64,000 bases of DNA, taken from positions 320,001 to 384,000 of the forward strand of contig CAVRZA010000004.1 in the NCBI GenBank assembly GCA_963725665.1, read 5' to 3'. A program made the translations under genes and the position numbers. The notes beneath the pieces were generated by a model, which searched no databases, was not told the origin of the DNA, and saw nothing but the letters and a program-made list of their open reading frames with translations. Source of the stretch: an uncultured Actinomycetes bacterium. GTDB taxonomy: Bacteria > Actinomycetota > Thermoleophilia > UBA2241. Below, in pieces: positions 1 to 13,798 of the stretch. How positions within the stretch are numbered: the first letter of the stretch is position 1; the number at the start of each line of letters is the position of its first letter.

Positions 1-2
1 TC

Positions 3-200
3 TCGCTCTCGATCGTGGGCGACCTCACCTCGCTTTACCTGGCGCTGCTGTACGGCATCGATCCGGCCGCCATCGAGGCCATCACCTGGCTCAAACGGCG
101 CATGGCCGGTGAGGAGCTGCCCCCGCCGTCCCTGGACGGCTCGGCAGCGCCGAGGCGGGTGTCGGTGGACGTCGCCGGCATTGAGACCGAGAAGGCCTGA
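3..200 (+). CDS. 3' part of bifunctional phosphoglucose/phosphomannose isomerase (SIS family), cut by window edge
   Basis: C-terminal motif GDLTSLYLALLYGIDPAAIEAITWLK typical of bifunctional PGI/PMI. Confidence 0.7.
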   Translation, partial: SLSIVGDLTSLYLALLYGIDPAAIEAITWLKRRMAGEELPPPSLDGSAAPRRVSVDVAGIETEKA

Positions 201-220
201 CACCTACGGAGGCGCAGCCG

Positions 221-2160
<1,940 letters not shown>

Positions 2161-2173
2161 GAGGACGGAACCC

Positions 2174-3259
<1,086 letters not shown>

Positions 3260-3278
3260 GGCGGGAGGACGGTACGTC

Positions 3279-4460
3279 ATGAGCGGCTCGGTGAGACGGC
3301 CCGACGAGCGGTCGGGTCGCGCGGGCGACGAAGCCCCGCGCCACGACCCGCCGCTGGCCATGATCATGGCCGCCGGTCTCGGCACGCGCTTGTGGCCGCT
3401 CACCGACCAGACGGCCAAGCCCATGGTGCCGGTCCTCAACCGGCCGGTCATGGAACACATCGTGAGGCTGCTCGCCAAGCACGGCATCACGAAGGTGTGC
3501 GCGAACCTGCACCACCACCCCGATGCGATCGTCGAGCGCTTCGGCGACGGCAGCGCGTTCGGTGTCGAGATCGCCTTCCGCTTTGAGGAGGAGCTTCTCG
3601 GCACGGCCGGCGGCGTCGGCAACTTTCGCGACGTGCTGGGCGAGGAGACCTTCCTCGTCATGAGTGCCGACAGCCTCACCGACATCGACCTCAGTGCGTT
3701 CCTGGCTCACCATCGCGCCTGCGGAGGCATCGCCACCATGGCCGTGAAGCGGGTCTCCGACCCGTCGCTGTACGGCGTCGTCGTCAACGACTTCGCCGAC
3801 CGCGTCACCGGCTTCCAGGAGAAGCCCGCCGCGCGCGAGGCTCTCTCCGACCTCTGCAACTGCGGCATCTACGCCTTCGAGCCGGCCATCTTCGACTACG
3901 TGCCGCCGGCGGTCTTCGTCGACTGGGCCAAGGACGTCTTCCCGCGGCTGCTGGCCGACGAGATGCCCTTCTACGTCTGGTCCCTCGAGGGGTACTGGAA
4001 CGACGTGGGCAGTATCGACGCCTACCGCGAGGGCAACTTCGACGCGCTCTGCCGGCGCGTCGCCATCGACATGCCGGGACGCGAGGTTCGCCCCGGCGTG
4101 TGGATCGGCGCCGGCACGGTGCTCCCCGACACGGTCGCGGTCGCGCCCCCGGTGCTGCTTGGCGAGGACTGCGTCGTGCAGCCCGGCGTGACGCTCACCG
4201 GACCGCTCATCGTCGGCGACCGTTGTATAATCGAATCGGGCGCGGTCTTAGAGGGCGTGATCCATTGGGATGGGTGTAAGACCGGGCGGAACGCCAACCA
4301 CGCCGGCGCTATCGTCGGCAGCGGCGTTCACGTTCACAACGACGCTCAGGTGCACGAGGGCGCCGTCATCGGTGAGGGCAGCGTCATCGATGCGGGGGCC
4401 ACGGTCCCTGCCGACGCTCGCATCGAGGCCGGGCGCCACGTGCCCGCCACCGCCGCGTGA
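3279..4460 (+). CDS. NDP-sugar pyrophosphorylase (mannose-1-phosphate guanylyltransferase-like) with left-handed beta-helix tail
   Basis: MAAGLGTRLWPLT..KPMVP, LLGTAGG, FQEKP, YWNDVGS, hexapeptide repeats. Confidence 0.9.
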   Translation: MSGSVRRPDERSGRAGDEAPRHDPPLAMIMAAGLGTRLWPLTDQTAKPMVPVLNRPVMEHIVRLLAKHGITKVCANLHHHPDAIVERFGDGSAFGVEIAFRFEEELLGTAGGVGNFRDVLGEETFLVMSADSLTDIDLSAFLAHHRACGGIATMAVKRVSDPSLYGVVVNDFADRVTGFQEKPAAREALSDLCNCGIYAFEPAIFDYVPPAVFVDWAKDVFPRLLADEMPFYVWSLEGYWNDVGSIDAYREGNFDALCRRVAIDMPGREVRPGVWIGAGTVLPDTVAVAPPVLLGEDCVVQPGVTLTGPLIVGDRCIIESGAVLEGVIHWDGCKTGRNANHAGAIVGSGVHVHNDAQVHEGAVIGEGSVIDAGATVPADARIEAGRHVPATAA

Positions 4461-5233
4461 GCCCCGCCATAGGGCAGCTCGCCGACGGGCTCCTCGACCT
4501 CTTCCTTCCCAAACGGTGCGTGCAGTGCGGCGCGCCCGGCCGCTGGTTGTGCGCGGCGTGCGCGCGCGGCTTGCGGCCCCTCGAGGGGCCCTGCTGCGCG
4601 CGCTGCGGGAGGCCCGCCTCGGTGCCGAGCTCGGAGTGTCCCGAGTGTCGCCAACGCGACCTGGGCTTCGTCTCGGCGCGCGCCGCTTTCGCTTACGAGG
4701 GGCCGGCGCGCAAGCTCGTGACGGCCTGCAAGTTCCGCTCGCTGCACTCGCTGGGCGTCGAGATGGCCGAGCTCGCGCAGGCGGCGTTCCGCGCGGCGAT
4801 GCTCGATGGCCCCGGCGGCGCCGATGCGGTGACATGCGTGCCGGTGCACCGCGACCGGCGCCTCGAAAGGGGCTTCAACCAGGCCGAGCTGCTGGCGCGC
4901 GAGCTGGCACGGCAGTCGGGCCTGCCGTTTCTGGCGGCGCTCGAGCGGCCGCGCCAGGGTGCGCGCCAGAGCGAGCTGAGCGGGGCCGCGCGGGCCGCCA
5001 ACGTCGCGGGAGCGTTCGCCGTCGTCCCTCGCACGGCCCCGCTTGTCGCGCCGTTCAAGAGGGTAGTAATCGTTGACGACGTCTATACGACAGGTGAGAC
5101 GTTGAGCCAGTGCTCCAGAGCGCTCGGAGACGGGGCCCGCGAGGTACGGGCCTTCACCTTCGCGCGCGCCGTGCGTCGTCACCTGTACGCGGGGTCGGCT
5201 GAAACCTCGTCCGCAAAGGAGCAGCGCCGATGA
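4457..5233 (+). CDS. comF: ComF family double zinc ribbon/phosphoribosyltransferase
   Basis: CxxC pairs, RGFNQA, VDDVYTTGET; conserved comF-hpf-secA order. Confidence 0.9.
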   Translation: MSPAIGQLADGLLDLFLPKRCVQCGAPGRWLCAACARGLRPLEGPCCARCGRPASVPSSECPECRQRDLGFVSARAAFAYEGPARKLVTACKFRSLHSLGVEMAELAQAAFRAAMLDGPGGADAVTCVPVHRDRRLERGFNQAELLARELARQSGLPFLAALERPRQGARQSELSGAARAANVAGAFAVVPRTAPLVAPFKRVVIVDDVYTTGETLSQCSRALGDGAREVRAFTFARAVRRHLYAGSAETSSAKEQRR

Positions 5234-5844
5234 AGATCCAGATCAGGGGCCGCAACGTGATTGTCACCGACGCCCTGCACGAGTACGCGGAAGAGAAGCT
5301 GTCGCGATTGCAGCGCTACCTCCAGGAGCACCACACCGACGAGGTCAGTCGTGTCGAGCTCGAGCTCATGGTCGAGAAGAACAAGAGCATCGCGAACCCG
5401 CAGGTGGCCGAGGCGACCGTCTTCACGCGCGGCCCCGTGATCCGCGCCAAGGAGTCGTCGACCGACATGTACGCGTCGATCGACCTCGTGGCCGACAAGC
5501 TGCAGCGGCAGGTCAAGAGATACCGCGACCGCACCCAGCGCAAAGCGGAGCGCCACGCGCCCCCCGTCACGCAGGCGGTGCCGGCGGTCACGAACGATGA
5601 GGCGGTGCGGCGCGAGTCGGCTGCGGCCGGCACCGACCGGGACGGCGGCGACCATCCCGTCCCCGGCATCGTGAAGACGAAGCAGTTCATCATCAAGCCC
5701 ATGTCCGCCGAGGAGGCGGCCATGCAGATGGAGCTCGTGGGGCACGATTTCTTCGTGTTCAGGAACGCCGAGACCAACGATACCAACGTCGTCTACAGGC
5801 GCCGCGACGGCCAGTACGGCGTCATAGAGCCGTCCCGCGAGTAG
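5230..5844 (+). CDS. hpf: Ribosome hibernation promoting factor (long HPF/RaiA)
   Basis: DMYASIDLVADKL and C-terminal KPMSAEEAAMQMELVGHDFFVF..VVYRRRDGQYG. Confidence 0.93.
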   Translation: MKIQIRGRNVIVTDALHEYAEEKLSRLQRYLQEHHTDEVSRVELELMVEKNKSIANPQVAEATVFTRGPVIRAKESSTDMYASIDLVADKLQRQVKRYRDRTQRKAERHAPPVTQAVPAVTNDEAVRRESAAAGTDRDGGDHPVPGIVKTKQFIIKPMSAEEAAMQMELVGHDFFVFRNAETNDTNVVYRRRDGQYGVIEPSRE

Positions 5845-5938
5845 CAGGTGCGCCGCGCGGAGCCGCGAAGAGTGACGAACGAGCGGAGGCCGAGCGCCCC
5901 GACGGGCGCCCGGCCCCGGAGAGGACCGTAGGATCCAG

Positions 5939-8572
5939 ATGAGCATCGTCGACAAGCTCCTTCGCGCGGGCGAGGGTAAACGACTCAAGACGCTCGAACG
6001 GCAGGTGGGCGAGATCACCGCCCTCGAGCCAGAGATCGGCGCGCTGAGCGACGACGAACTGCGCGCCAAGACCGACGAGTTCAGGGAGCGTCTCGCCGAC
6101 GGCGAGACGCTCGACGACATCATGGCCGAGGCCTTCGCGGTCGTTCGCGAGGCGAGCAAGCGCGTGCTCGGCATGCGCCCCTTCGATGTGCAGGTCATGG
6201 GCGGCATCGTCCTGCATGAGGGCGACATCGCCGAGATGAAGACCGGCGAGGGCAAGACCCTCGCGGCGGTCATGCCGATGTACCTGAACGCGCTCGACGG
6301 CCGGGGCGCCCACCTGGTGACGGTCAACGACTACCTCGCCAAGCGCGACTCCGAGTGGATGGGGCCGATCTACGAGTCCCTCGGTCTCCGCGTCGGGCTG
6401 ATCCAGGCGATGATGGACCCGCCGGCGCGCCAGGAGGCTTACGGTGCCGACCTGACTTACGGCACCAACACCGAGTTCGGCTTCGATTACCTGCGCGACA
6501 ACATGGCGATGCGCCTCGACCACTGCGTGCAGCGGGGGCATCACTACTGCATCGTCGACGAGGTCGACTCCATCCTCGTCGACGAGGCGCGCACGCCGCT
6601 CATCATCAGCGGCGCCCCGGAGACGGCGGCCGACACGTACCGTCAGTTCGCGCGCATCGTCCCGCGGCTTCGTGCGGGCGAAGACTACGAGGTCGACGAG
6701 AAGCAGCGCACCGCGGCCGTCACGGAGTCCGGCGTGGCCAAGGTCGAGAAGGCGCTCGACGTCGACAACCTCTACAAGGACGGGCAGCTCGTCAACCATC
6801 TCGTGCAGGCGCTGCGCGCCGAGGCTCTCTACCACAAGGACGTCGAGTACGTGGTGAAGAACGGCGAGGTGCTGATCGTCGACGAGTTCACGGGGCGCAT
6901 CCTCGAGGGGCGGCGCTACTCCGAGGGCCTGCACCAGGCGATCGAGGCCAAGGAGCGCGTGCCCATCCGCGAAGAGAACCAGACCCTGGCGACGATCACG
7001 CTGCAGAACTACTTCCGCCTCTACGAGAAGCTCGCCGGCATGACCGGTACGGCCAAGACTGAGGAGGACGAGCTTCGCACGATCTACGGCCTCGACGTCG
7101 TGCAGATCCCGACCAACGTGCCCATGGTCCGCGGCGACAAGAACGACTTCATCTTCAAGACCAAGAAGGAGAAGTTCGCGGCCGTCGTGGCCGACATCAA
7201 GGAGCGCTACGACAACGGTCAGCCGGTGCTCGTCGGCTCGGTCTCGGTCGAGGTGAGTGAGATGCTCTCGGGCATGCTCGCGCGGCACGGCATCGAGCAC
7301 AACGTCCTCAACGCCAAGCAGCACGAGCGCGAGGCCGAGGTCATCAAGGACGCCGGGCTTCCCGGCGCCGTGACCATCGCCACCAACATGGCCGGCCGCG
7401 GCGTCGATATCAAGCTCGGCCCACGCGTCCCCGAGCTCGGCGGCCTCTACGTGCTGGGCACCGAGCGCCACGAGAGCCGGCGCATCGACAACCAGCTGCG
7501 CGGCCGCTCGGGGCGTCAGGGCGACCCCGGCGAGAGCCGCTTCTACCTCTCGGCAGAGGACGACCTCATCCGTCTGTTCGCTGGCGACCGCATGTACAAG
7601 GTGCTCGATCGGCTGGGGCCGGAGGAGGGTCTGCCGATCGAGCACAAGATGCTCTCCGGGGTCGTCGAGCGCGCGCAGAAGAAGGTCGAGGAGCTCAACT
7701 TCATGCGCCGCAAGAACGTGCTCAAGTACGACGAGGTCATGAACGAGCAACGGCGCGTCGTCTACGACCAGCGCGAACGCATCATCGCGGGCGAGGACTT
7801 CGGGGAGCAGGTGCAGGAGATGACCGAGGAGGTCGTCACGGCGGTCATCGAGGGCGGGCTCGAGGGTGAGTACCCCGAGGAGTGGGACCTCGACGGCCTC
7901 TTCGTGGGCCTCAGGAACGTGTACGACCCGACCTTCGGACCCGACGATCTCGAGATAACGTCGCTGACGCGGGCCGACCTCGAGGAACGCGCCGTCGACG
8001 ACGCCCTCGCGGCCTACTTCAAACGCGAGGAGATCATCGGCGAGGAGCAGATGCGTTCCGTCGAGCGGGCGGTGATGCTACAGGTGATCGACGGGCGCTG
8101 GAAGGACCACCTGCTCGACATGGACTATCTGCAGGAGGGCATCCATCTGCGCGCCCTGGGCCAGCGTGACCCGCTGGCGGAGTACAAGCACGAGGGCTAC
8201 GAGCTCTTCCAAGACATGCTCGGCGGCTTCAAGCAGAGCGTCGTCACAACGTTGCTCAAGAACAGCCCCGAGGACTTGGCCATCTTCGCCGCCATCACCC
8301 TCGAGCAGCCGATGACGGCGCTCAACTACTCGAGCGGCGAGGATCTCGCCTACCAGACGTCGTTCGCGGGCGCGGCGGCGGCCGCCGTGCCCGAGGCCGC
8401 CTACGAGCCGCAGGACGATGGCTACGGCGGCGCCGCGCCGGCGCCGCAGAACATACCCGGGGAGGTCGGGGCGGTCGCCGTCAAGCAGCGCGTCGTCACC
8501 GAGAAGGTGGGGCGCAACGACCCCTGTCCCTGCGGGAGCGGCAAGAAGTACAAGAAGTGTCACGGGGCGTGA
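5939..8572 (+). CDS. secA: Preprotein translocase ATPase SecA
   Basis: [40 protein letters not shown]-terminal [19 protein letters not shown]. Confidence 0.99.
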   Translation: MSIVDKLLRAGEGKRLKTLERQVGEITALEPEIGALSDDELRAKTDEFRERLADGETLDDIMAEAFAVVREASKRVLGMRPFDVQVMGGIVLHEGDIAEMKTGEGKTLAAVMPMYLNALDGRGAHLVTVNDYLAKRDSEWMGPIYESLGLRVGLIQAMMDPPARQEAYGADLTYGTNTEFGFDYLRDNMAMRLDHCVQRGHHYCIVDEVDSILVDEARTPLIISGAPETAADTYRQFARIVPRLRAGEDYEVDEKQRTAAVTESGVAKVEKALDVDNLYKDGQLVNHLVQALRAEALYHKDVEYVVKNGEVLIVDEFTGRILEGRRYSEGLHQAIEAKERVPIREENQTLATITLQNYFRLYEKLAGMTGTAKTEEDELRTIYGLDVVQIPTNVPMVRGDKNDFIFKTKKEKFAAVVADIKERYDNGQPVLVGSVSVEVSEMLSGMLARHGIEHNVLNAKQHEREAEVIKDAGLPGAVTIATNMAGRGVDIKLGPRVPELGGLYVLGTERHESRRIDNQLRGRSGRQGDPGESRFYLSAEDDLIRLFAGDRMYKVLDRLGPEEGLPIEHKMLSGVVERAQKKVEELNFMRRKNVLKYDEVMNEQRRVVYDQRERIIAGEDFGEQVQEMTEEVVTAVIEGGLEGEYPEEWDLDGLFVGLRNVYDPTFGPDDLEITSLTRADLEERAVDDALAAYFKREEIIGEEQMRSVERAVMLQVIDGRWKDHLLDMDYLQEGIHLRALGQRDPLAEYKHEGYELFQDMLGGFKQSVVTTLLKNSPEDLAIFAAITLEQPMTALNYSSGEDLAYQTSFAGAAAAAVPEAAYEPQDDGYGGAAPAPQNIPGEVGAVAVKQRVVTEKVGRNDPCPCGSGKKYKKCHGA

Positions 8573-8599
8573 AGCGACTTCGTTTCACGCCGCGTGACG
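8559..8599 (+). terminator. Hairpin overlapping secA stop, possible terminator
   Basis: GTCACGGGGCGTGAAGCGA..TCGTTTCACGCCGCGTGAC imperfect inverted repeat. Confidence 0.45.
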
Positions 8600-8739
8600 A
8601 TGCCTTCGGCTCGCCGCCTACGGCAGCGAGGTTGAGGCGTTGTCACGAGGCCCGGCGGCTACGGCCGCGGGCCTCGTGTGATGCCGTCGCCTACGGCCGT
8701 CTCATCCCGCGGTGTGTGGCTGATACACTGGACAATGAC

Positions 8740-9910
8740 ATGACGATTTCCGCTTCTGAAGCACTCGTCCACCTGGACTCGCTCCGCGAGCGGCTCAAGG
8801 ACGCCTCCGAGCGTCTGAGCTGGCTGCGGAGCTATCTTTGACCCCCCCAAGGTAGAAGCCGACATCGCGGCCCTCGAGGAGCGCATGCGCGCGCCCGACT
8901 TCTGGGAGGACCAGGAGCGCGCCTCGCGGGCCTCGGCCGAGTACAGCCGGCTAAAACGGCGTCTCGCGGAGTTCACGGAACTCGAGGACCAGCTCGGCGA
9001 CCTTGAGACAACGGAGGAGATGGTGCGCGAGGAGCTCGCCGGCGACTCCGTCGACGGCGAGCTCCTCGCCGAGCTCGAGACGGGGCTGCGCGATCTGGCG
9101 CGCAAGCTCGAGCGCAGCGAGGAGCAGCGCTTCTTCAGCGGCACCTACGACGAGGGCGGGGCCATCGTCACCATCCACCCGGGGGCCGGCGGCACCGAGT
9201 CGCAGGACTGGGCCGAGATGCTTCTGCGCATGTACCTGCGCTGGTTCGAGCGCCGCGGCTTCAAGGTCGAGATCAACGACACGCAGGAGGGCGACGAGGC
9301 CGGCCTCAAGAGCGCCACCATCACCGTCGAGGGCGAGAACGTCTACGGGCTGCTGGCCTCGGAGAAGGGCGTCCACCGGCTCGTTCGCCTCAGCCCGTTC
9401 GACTCGGCCAACCGCCGCCACACGAGCTTCGCCGCCGTCGAGGTGAGCCCGCTCGTCTCGGACGACGTCGAGATCGACGTCAACGAGGACGACCTGCGTA
9501 TCGATACATACCGCTCGAGCGGCGCCGGCGGCCAGCACGTCAACAAGACCAGCTCGGCGGTGCGCATCACCCATCTGCCCACGGGCATCGTCGTGCAGTG
9601 CCAGAACGAGCGCTCGCAGATCTCCAACCGGGCGACGGCCATGCGCATGCTGAAGTCACGTCTGCTCGAGCTCGAGGAGCGCAAGCGCGCCGAGGAGCTC
9701 GCCCGGGAACGCGGCGTGCAGATGGACGTCAACTTCGGCAGCCAGATCCGCAGCTACGTGTTGCACCCCTACCAGATGGTGAAGGACCTGCGCACCGGCC
9801 ACGAGACCGGCAACGCGCAGGCCGTGCTCGACGGCGACCTCGACCCGTTCGTGCACGAGTACCTCGTCTGGCGCTCGAAGAACGGCGTGGCCGACGGCCG
9901 CAGCGGCTAG
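8740..9910 (+). CDS. prfB: Peptide chain release factor 2 with programmed +1 frameshift
   Basis: GGAGCTAT-CTT-TGA-C slippery site (CTT 8836-8838, TGA 8839-8841) joining a short 5' ORF to the frame carrying SPF and GGQ motifs. Confidence 0.96.
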
Positions 9911-9988
9911 CGTCGCCGGTCGCGCCACAATGGCCGTCACGGTCGTGGAAGACACGCGGCGCGTGGCGACCGGCCGCCCGATGTGTCG

Positions 9989-10501
9989 ATGACGACGCCA
10001 AAGCAACCGACTCTGAAAGGCGCCGGTCTGCTCCTGCGCCCGGCGACCCAGGCTGATTCGCCCGTCATGCAGGGCATCCTCAACGAGCCCGAGGTGTCCG
10101 AGTGGTGGGGCCGGACGCGCTGGGACGAGATAGGCCCCCAGTGGGGCGAGGTCGGCTTCGTCATCGAGGTCGACGGCGATGCCGCGGGTTACATCCAGTA
10201 CCTGGCCAACCTCGACCCCTGCTACCTGTTCGCGTCGCTAGACATCTTCGTCTCGGCTCTGTTTCAGGGGCGTGGCGTCGGCAGCGAGGCCATGCGAACG
10301 CTCATCGTCTATCTCTTCGATGAGCTCGGGCTACACCGGCTCACGATCGATCCCGCGGCGACCAACGAGCGCGCCATCCACCTGTACGAGAAGCTGGGCT
10401 TCAGGCGGGTGGGCATCATGCGCCGCTACGAACGCGTCGAAGGCGGACCGTGGCATGACGGCGTCCTCATGGAGCTCCTCGAGGAGGAATGGACGGGATG
10501 A
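9989..10501 (+). CDS. GNAT N-acetyltransferase (AAC(6')/RimJ-like)
   Basis: QGRGVGS, TIDPAATNERAIHLYEKLGF. Confidence 0.85.
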   Translation: MTTPKQPTLKGAGLLLRPATQADSPVMQGILNEPEVSEWWGRTRWDEIGPQWGEVGFVIEVDGDAAGYIQYLANLDPCYLFASLDIFVSALFQGRGVGSEAMRTLIVYLFDELGLHRLTIDPAATNERAIHLYEKLGFRRVGIMRRYERVEGGPWHDGVLMELLEEEWTG

Positions 10502-10579
10502 CCAGAGGGCAGGCCCGATCAGCGCGTCATCTCGGAGGCGGTGGTCTGGACGCAGCGCCCAGGGCGCCCTCGGGAACGG

Positions 10580-11351
10580 TCAGTAGCCGTTGGCCGAGAA
10601 GTGCTGGTAGTCCTTGAGGGAGTGCCAGTCGCCGCCCCACTTCCAGCCCGCGGTGGCGAAGGCCCGTACGACGACGTCCCCGGCGTGGATCATCCCTTTG
10701 ACCCTCTGAGACCTGTCCACGTACGGGGCGGCCTGCGGCGGGTCGACCACGCCGTTGGCGATCTCCGGGTTCTCCAGGGGGTTGACGTCGATCGCTCGCC
10801 CGTAGGCGTGCTGCGACCAGGTGTCGGTGCCCGGCACCTTGCGGCCGTTGAAGGCCGAGGTGTTGTCGGCCCTCATGGAGCGCTCGTCGTCGGCGCCGTA
10901 GCGGTCGACGAGCTCCATGCGGCGGATCGGGAAGCGGGCGGCATAGAGCCTGCGCAGAGCCGAGACGATCGCCGCCGCGGCGTCGCGGTTGACGACGAGC
11001 CGGCCGATGTGCGGCGCGGCGGTCGAAGCCCCAGTAGCTCACGGAGACCAGGCGCAGCTCGTCGAGGCCGACGGGGCAGCCTGGCTGCCAGGTCCCGGCC
11101 GCGATCATCGACCGGCGCGTCGCCTCGTCGAGCTTGCTCACGGTGGCGTGGAAGGCGGCCTCCGGCGCGGCGGAGTGAGACGGAGAGGCGGTGGGGGAGG
11201 GAGCGGCGGTCGGCGAGGCAACGAAGGTCGTGGCGGCCGGCTGCGGCGAGGACGACGGCTGCGCCGTCGAGCCGCCGCAGCCGGCGGTCACCGAAGCGGA
11301 GACGACGAGCGCGGTGAGAGCGAGGCGGCGGATGACGCGCGGGTCCTTCAC
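10580..11351 (-). CDS. M15 family D-Ala-D-Ala carboxypeptidase-like lipoprotein, frameshift near 11015
   Basis: Lipobox-like VTAGC, WQPGCPVGLDELRLVSVSYWGFD in one frame; DNTSAFN..SQHAYGRAIDVNP..WGGDW..KDYQHFS in another. Confidence 0.8.
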
Positions 11352-11445
11352 GGCGCCTAGTCTACGCCGGTCCCGGCACACACCTGGATGGGGCAGCGGC
11401 GTTGTCGAACGCGTCGCCGCGCGACTCGTCCGCGCGCGGCCGAGC

Positions 11446-12363
11446 CTAGAGCGGCACGCCCTCGACGCGGGCCGGGCGGGTGGTAGTTGTGACGGCGAGC
11501 GTCCGGCACTCCGTGCCGGCCGCGCGCAGCGTGTCGGCCATGGCCTCGCCGGCGGCCGCGGCTGACGGGCGCGAGGGCGCGAAGGCGATCAGGCTGGGGC
11601 CCGAGCCCGATAGGGCTACGGCCCCAGCCCCCGCTTCGCGCCCCGCGCCCAGCGCCGCACTTGCCCCCGGGATCATCCGCAGGCGTCTCTCCTGGTGGAG
11701 ACGATCGTCCATCACACGACCGAGAAGGCCGAGATCGCCCGAGCGCAGCGCTTCGACGACGAGCGCAGCGCGCCCGATGTTGTAGACCGCGTCGGCCAGA
11801 GGCACGACGTCCGGCAGGCTTTCCCTCGACTGGCGGGTGCTGGCGGCCACGGCCGGGATGACCACCGTCACGTGGGTGCGAGGCACGTCGAAACGGCGCA
11901 CCAGGAGCACGTCTTCGCGCTCGACGACGACGACGAGGCCGCCGTACAGGGCTGCCGCGACGTTGTCGGGGTGGCCTTCATGGCGCACGGCGCGCGCCAG
12001 GAGCTCGTCGGCGGTGAGCGGCCCGCCGAGCAGAGTGTTGGCGGCGATCAGACCGGCCAGCACCGCCGTGGCACTCGAACCCAGGCCGGAGGCCGGCGGC
12101 ACGCTGTTGCGACACGCGACGCGCAGCCCTCGTGGGCGCGCTGAGCGCTCTTCCAGGAGGTCGAGGGCCGCTCTGACGATCGGGTTTGACTCGTCGTCAG
12201 GCAGGAGGCCCGCCCCTTCGCCCTCGACGCTTATGTGCAGGCCGTCGACCCCAAGGGTGACCGTGACCTCGTTCCAGATATCGAGGGTCAGCCCCAAGCA
12301 GTCGAAGCCCGGGCCGAGATTCGCGGTCGTGGCGGGGACCGCCACGGTCACGACCCTAAGCAT
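11446..12363 (-). CDS. thrB: Homoserine kinase
   Basis: VPATTANLGPGFDCLG, GLGSSA, EGHPDNVAAA, LSGSGPS. Confidence 0.95.
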   Translation of the reverse strand: MLRVVTVAVPATTANLGPGFDCLGLTLDIWNEVTVTLGVDGLHISVEGEGAGLLPDDESNPIVRAALDLLEERSARPRGLRVACRNSVPPASGLGSSATAVLAGLIAANTLLGGPLTADELLARAVRHEGHPDNVAAALYGGLVVVVEREDVLLVRRFDVPRTHVTVVIPAVAASTRQSRESLPDVVPLADAVYNIGRAALVVEALRSGDLGLLGRVMDDRLHQERRLRMIPGASAALGAGREAGAGAVALSGSGPSLIAFAPSRPSAAAAGEAMADTLRAAGTECRTLAVTTTTRPARVEGVPL

Positions 12364-12539
12364 GGTCCGTTCATGCACGAGCTGCTCCTGACCGCCGCTC
12401 CTTCGCCGCCGCAACGACGCGGCCTAGCATACACGAGCGGGACGGCCGCCCTCGTGAAGCGCCGTGGCATCGGTGGCCCGCGGAGAGTAGGGAGGAGTCT
12501 ACGGCCTGCCGAACAGCCCCTGCCGGCGCCGATACCCTT

Positions 12540-12548
12540 TGCTATACT
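12540..12548 (+). promoter_or_regulatory. Extended -10 promoter element for tRNA-Val
   Basis: TGCTATACT 13 nt upstream of the tRNA. Confidence 0.55.
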
Positions 12549-12561
12549 TGCTAGCTCCGAT

Positions 12562-12637
12562 GGGCGGCTAGCTCAGATGGGAGAGCGCCAGCTCGACAAG
12601 CTGGAGGTCGTTGGTTCGATTCCAACGTCGCCCACCA
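12562..12637 (+). tRNA. tRNA-Val(GAC)
   Basis: Cloverleaf: GGGCGGC acceptor arm, anticodon stem CCAGC/GCTGG with GAC, GGTTCGATTCC T-arm, encoded CCA. Confidence 0.95.
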
Positions 12638-12693
12638 CCCCCTCGCCTGAGCAGGGACGGCCAGGTCTGGTCGCCCGGGCCACCCTCACAGTG

Positions 12694-13257
12694 CTAGCTC
12701 TCGGCGAGCTCGTGCGCCAGGGCGTGATACTTCTCGTGCACGCCGGCGCCGGTCTCCTCTTCCTCGATGCGCTCGAACTCCTCGGCCAGGCGGGCCTTGT
12801 CGCCGGCGGAGAGCGTGCGCTCGGCGAAGGGGAAGAGGACCTGGTTCTCCTTCTCGATGTGCGCCCGCAGCAGCTCGGCATAGCCCGCGAGGTTGTCGGC
12901 GACCACCGCGGCAGCGGCGGCATCGCCGGCGGCCGCCTGCGGCAGCGCTGCGGTTATCGCGCGACCGTGTCCTCGCCCCTGTTCGTGCTCGCGGAGCATC
13001 ACCGTGACCGGGCCAGAGGCCGCCGGACTGAGCTCCTGCAGCGTGGGGAAGAGGATCTTCTCCTCCTTGTTGTGGTGGCACCCGTCGGTGAACTCGCGCA
13101 TGAAGGCGACCATCTTCGTCACCTCATCGGGACGCACCGGCGCGCCGCCCCTGATCGCCTGCGCCTCACGGTCCATCGCGTCCACGACCAACAGGACGAC
13201 GGTGTGCTCGTGCTTGAGGATGTCGGTCGGTGCGAGCTGCTCGTCTGATTCGCTCAT
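12694..13257 (-). CDS. Hemerythrin domain protein
   Basis: LKHEH, HHNKEE..LFP, MLREHEQGR, HIEKENQVLFP. Confidence 0.9.
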   Translation of the reverse strand: MSESDEQLAPTDILKHEHTVVLLVVDAMDREAQAIRGGAPVRPDEVTKMVAFMREFTDGCHHNKEEKILFPTLQELSPAASGPVTVMLREHEQGRGHGRAITAALPQAAAGDAAAAAVVADNLAGYAELLRAHIEKENQVLFPFAERTLSAGDKARLAEEFERIEEEETGAGVHEKYHALAHELAES

Positions 13258-13273
13258 CGCGCGCTCCTTCGGG

Positions 13274-13603
13274 TCACTTGGCCGCGTTCGGGCTGGGCGT
13301 CCTGACGATCAAGATGCGCACCGCTGCGTCGCCGTCGTTGCTGAACCCGTGCAGATGCCCGGCGCTGCTCGGGATGAGCGTCTGCGGACTCACCCGCTGC
13401 GACTCCTCCTCGATCTGGACGACGGGGGATCCCTCGATGACGAAGAAGGCGACGTCGACGGGGGCGGCGTGCGGAGGGACCGCCTCACCGGGCTCGAGGG
13501 TGAGCATGGACATCATCACGTGCGGCGTCTCGTGCAGGTGACGGACGCTGAGACCCATCGGGTTCTGCGCCATGGGCATCTCGTGGGGGACGATCGTCTG
13601 CAT
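13274..13603 (-). CDS. Cupin domain protein
   Basis: LEPGEAVPPH..FFVIEG..HLHGFSN. Confidence 0.8.
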   Translation of the reverse strand: MQTIVPHEMPMAQNPMGLSVRHLHETPHVMMSMLTLEPGEAVPPHAAPVDVAFFVIEGSPVVQIEEESQRVSPQTLIPSSAGHLHGFSNDGDAAVRILIVRTPSPNAAK

Positions 13604-13710
13604 GGGACCTCCGTTGGTCTCGCGTGTCTCGGTCGGGATCAGCGCCGGTGTCGACGAAGTCGGCCGCCGGCGCTCACGCTCGCATTCCCCTGCGGGCCGC
13701 ATCCGCTAGC

Positions 13711-13783
13711 TTGACGTTGGTCAAGTCACGCGGCCCGGGGTTCTTTCCGCGGGCTGACGTTGGTCAAGTCACGCGGCCCGGGG
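13711..13783. promoter_or_regulatory. Duplicated FNR/CRP-family-like box upstream of cupin-hemerythrin
   Basis: Palindrome TTGAC-GTTG-GTCAA at 13711-13724 inside a 29-bp direct repeat with 43-bp period. Confidence 0.6.
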
Positions 13784-13798
13784 GGCGTTCTGTGGCCG

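Noticed and set aside
5822-7750. Long antisense ORFs over secA and other core genes
   Set aside because: Shadow ORFs expected from high-GC codon bias
8829-8842. In-frame stop in prfB
   Set aside because: Well-known programmed +1 frameshift, not novel
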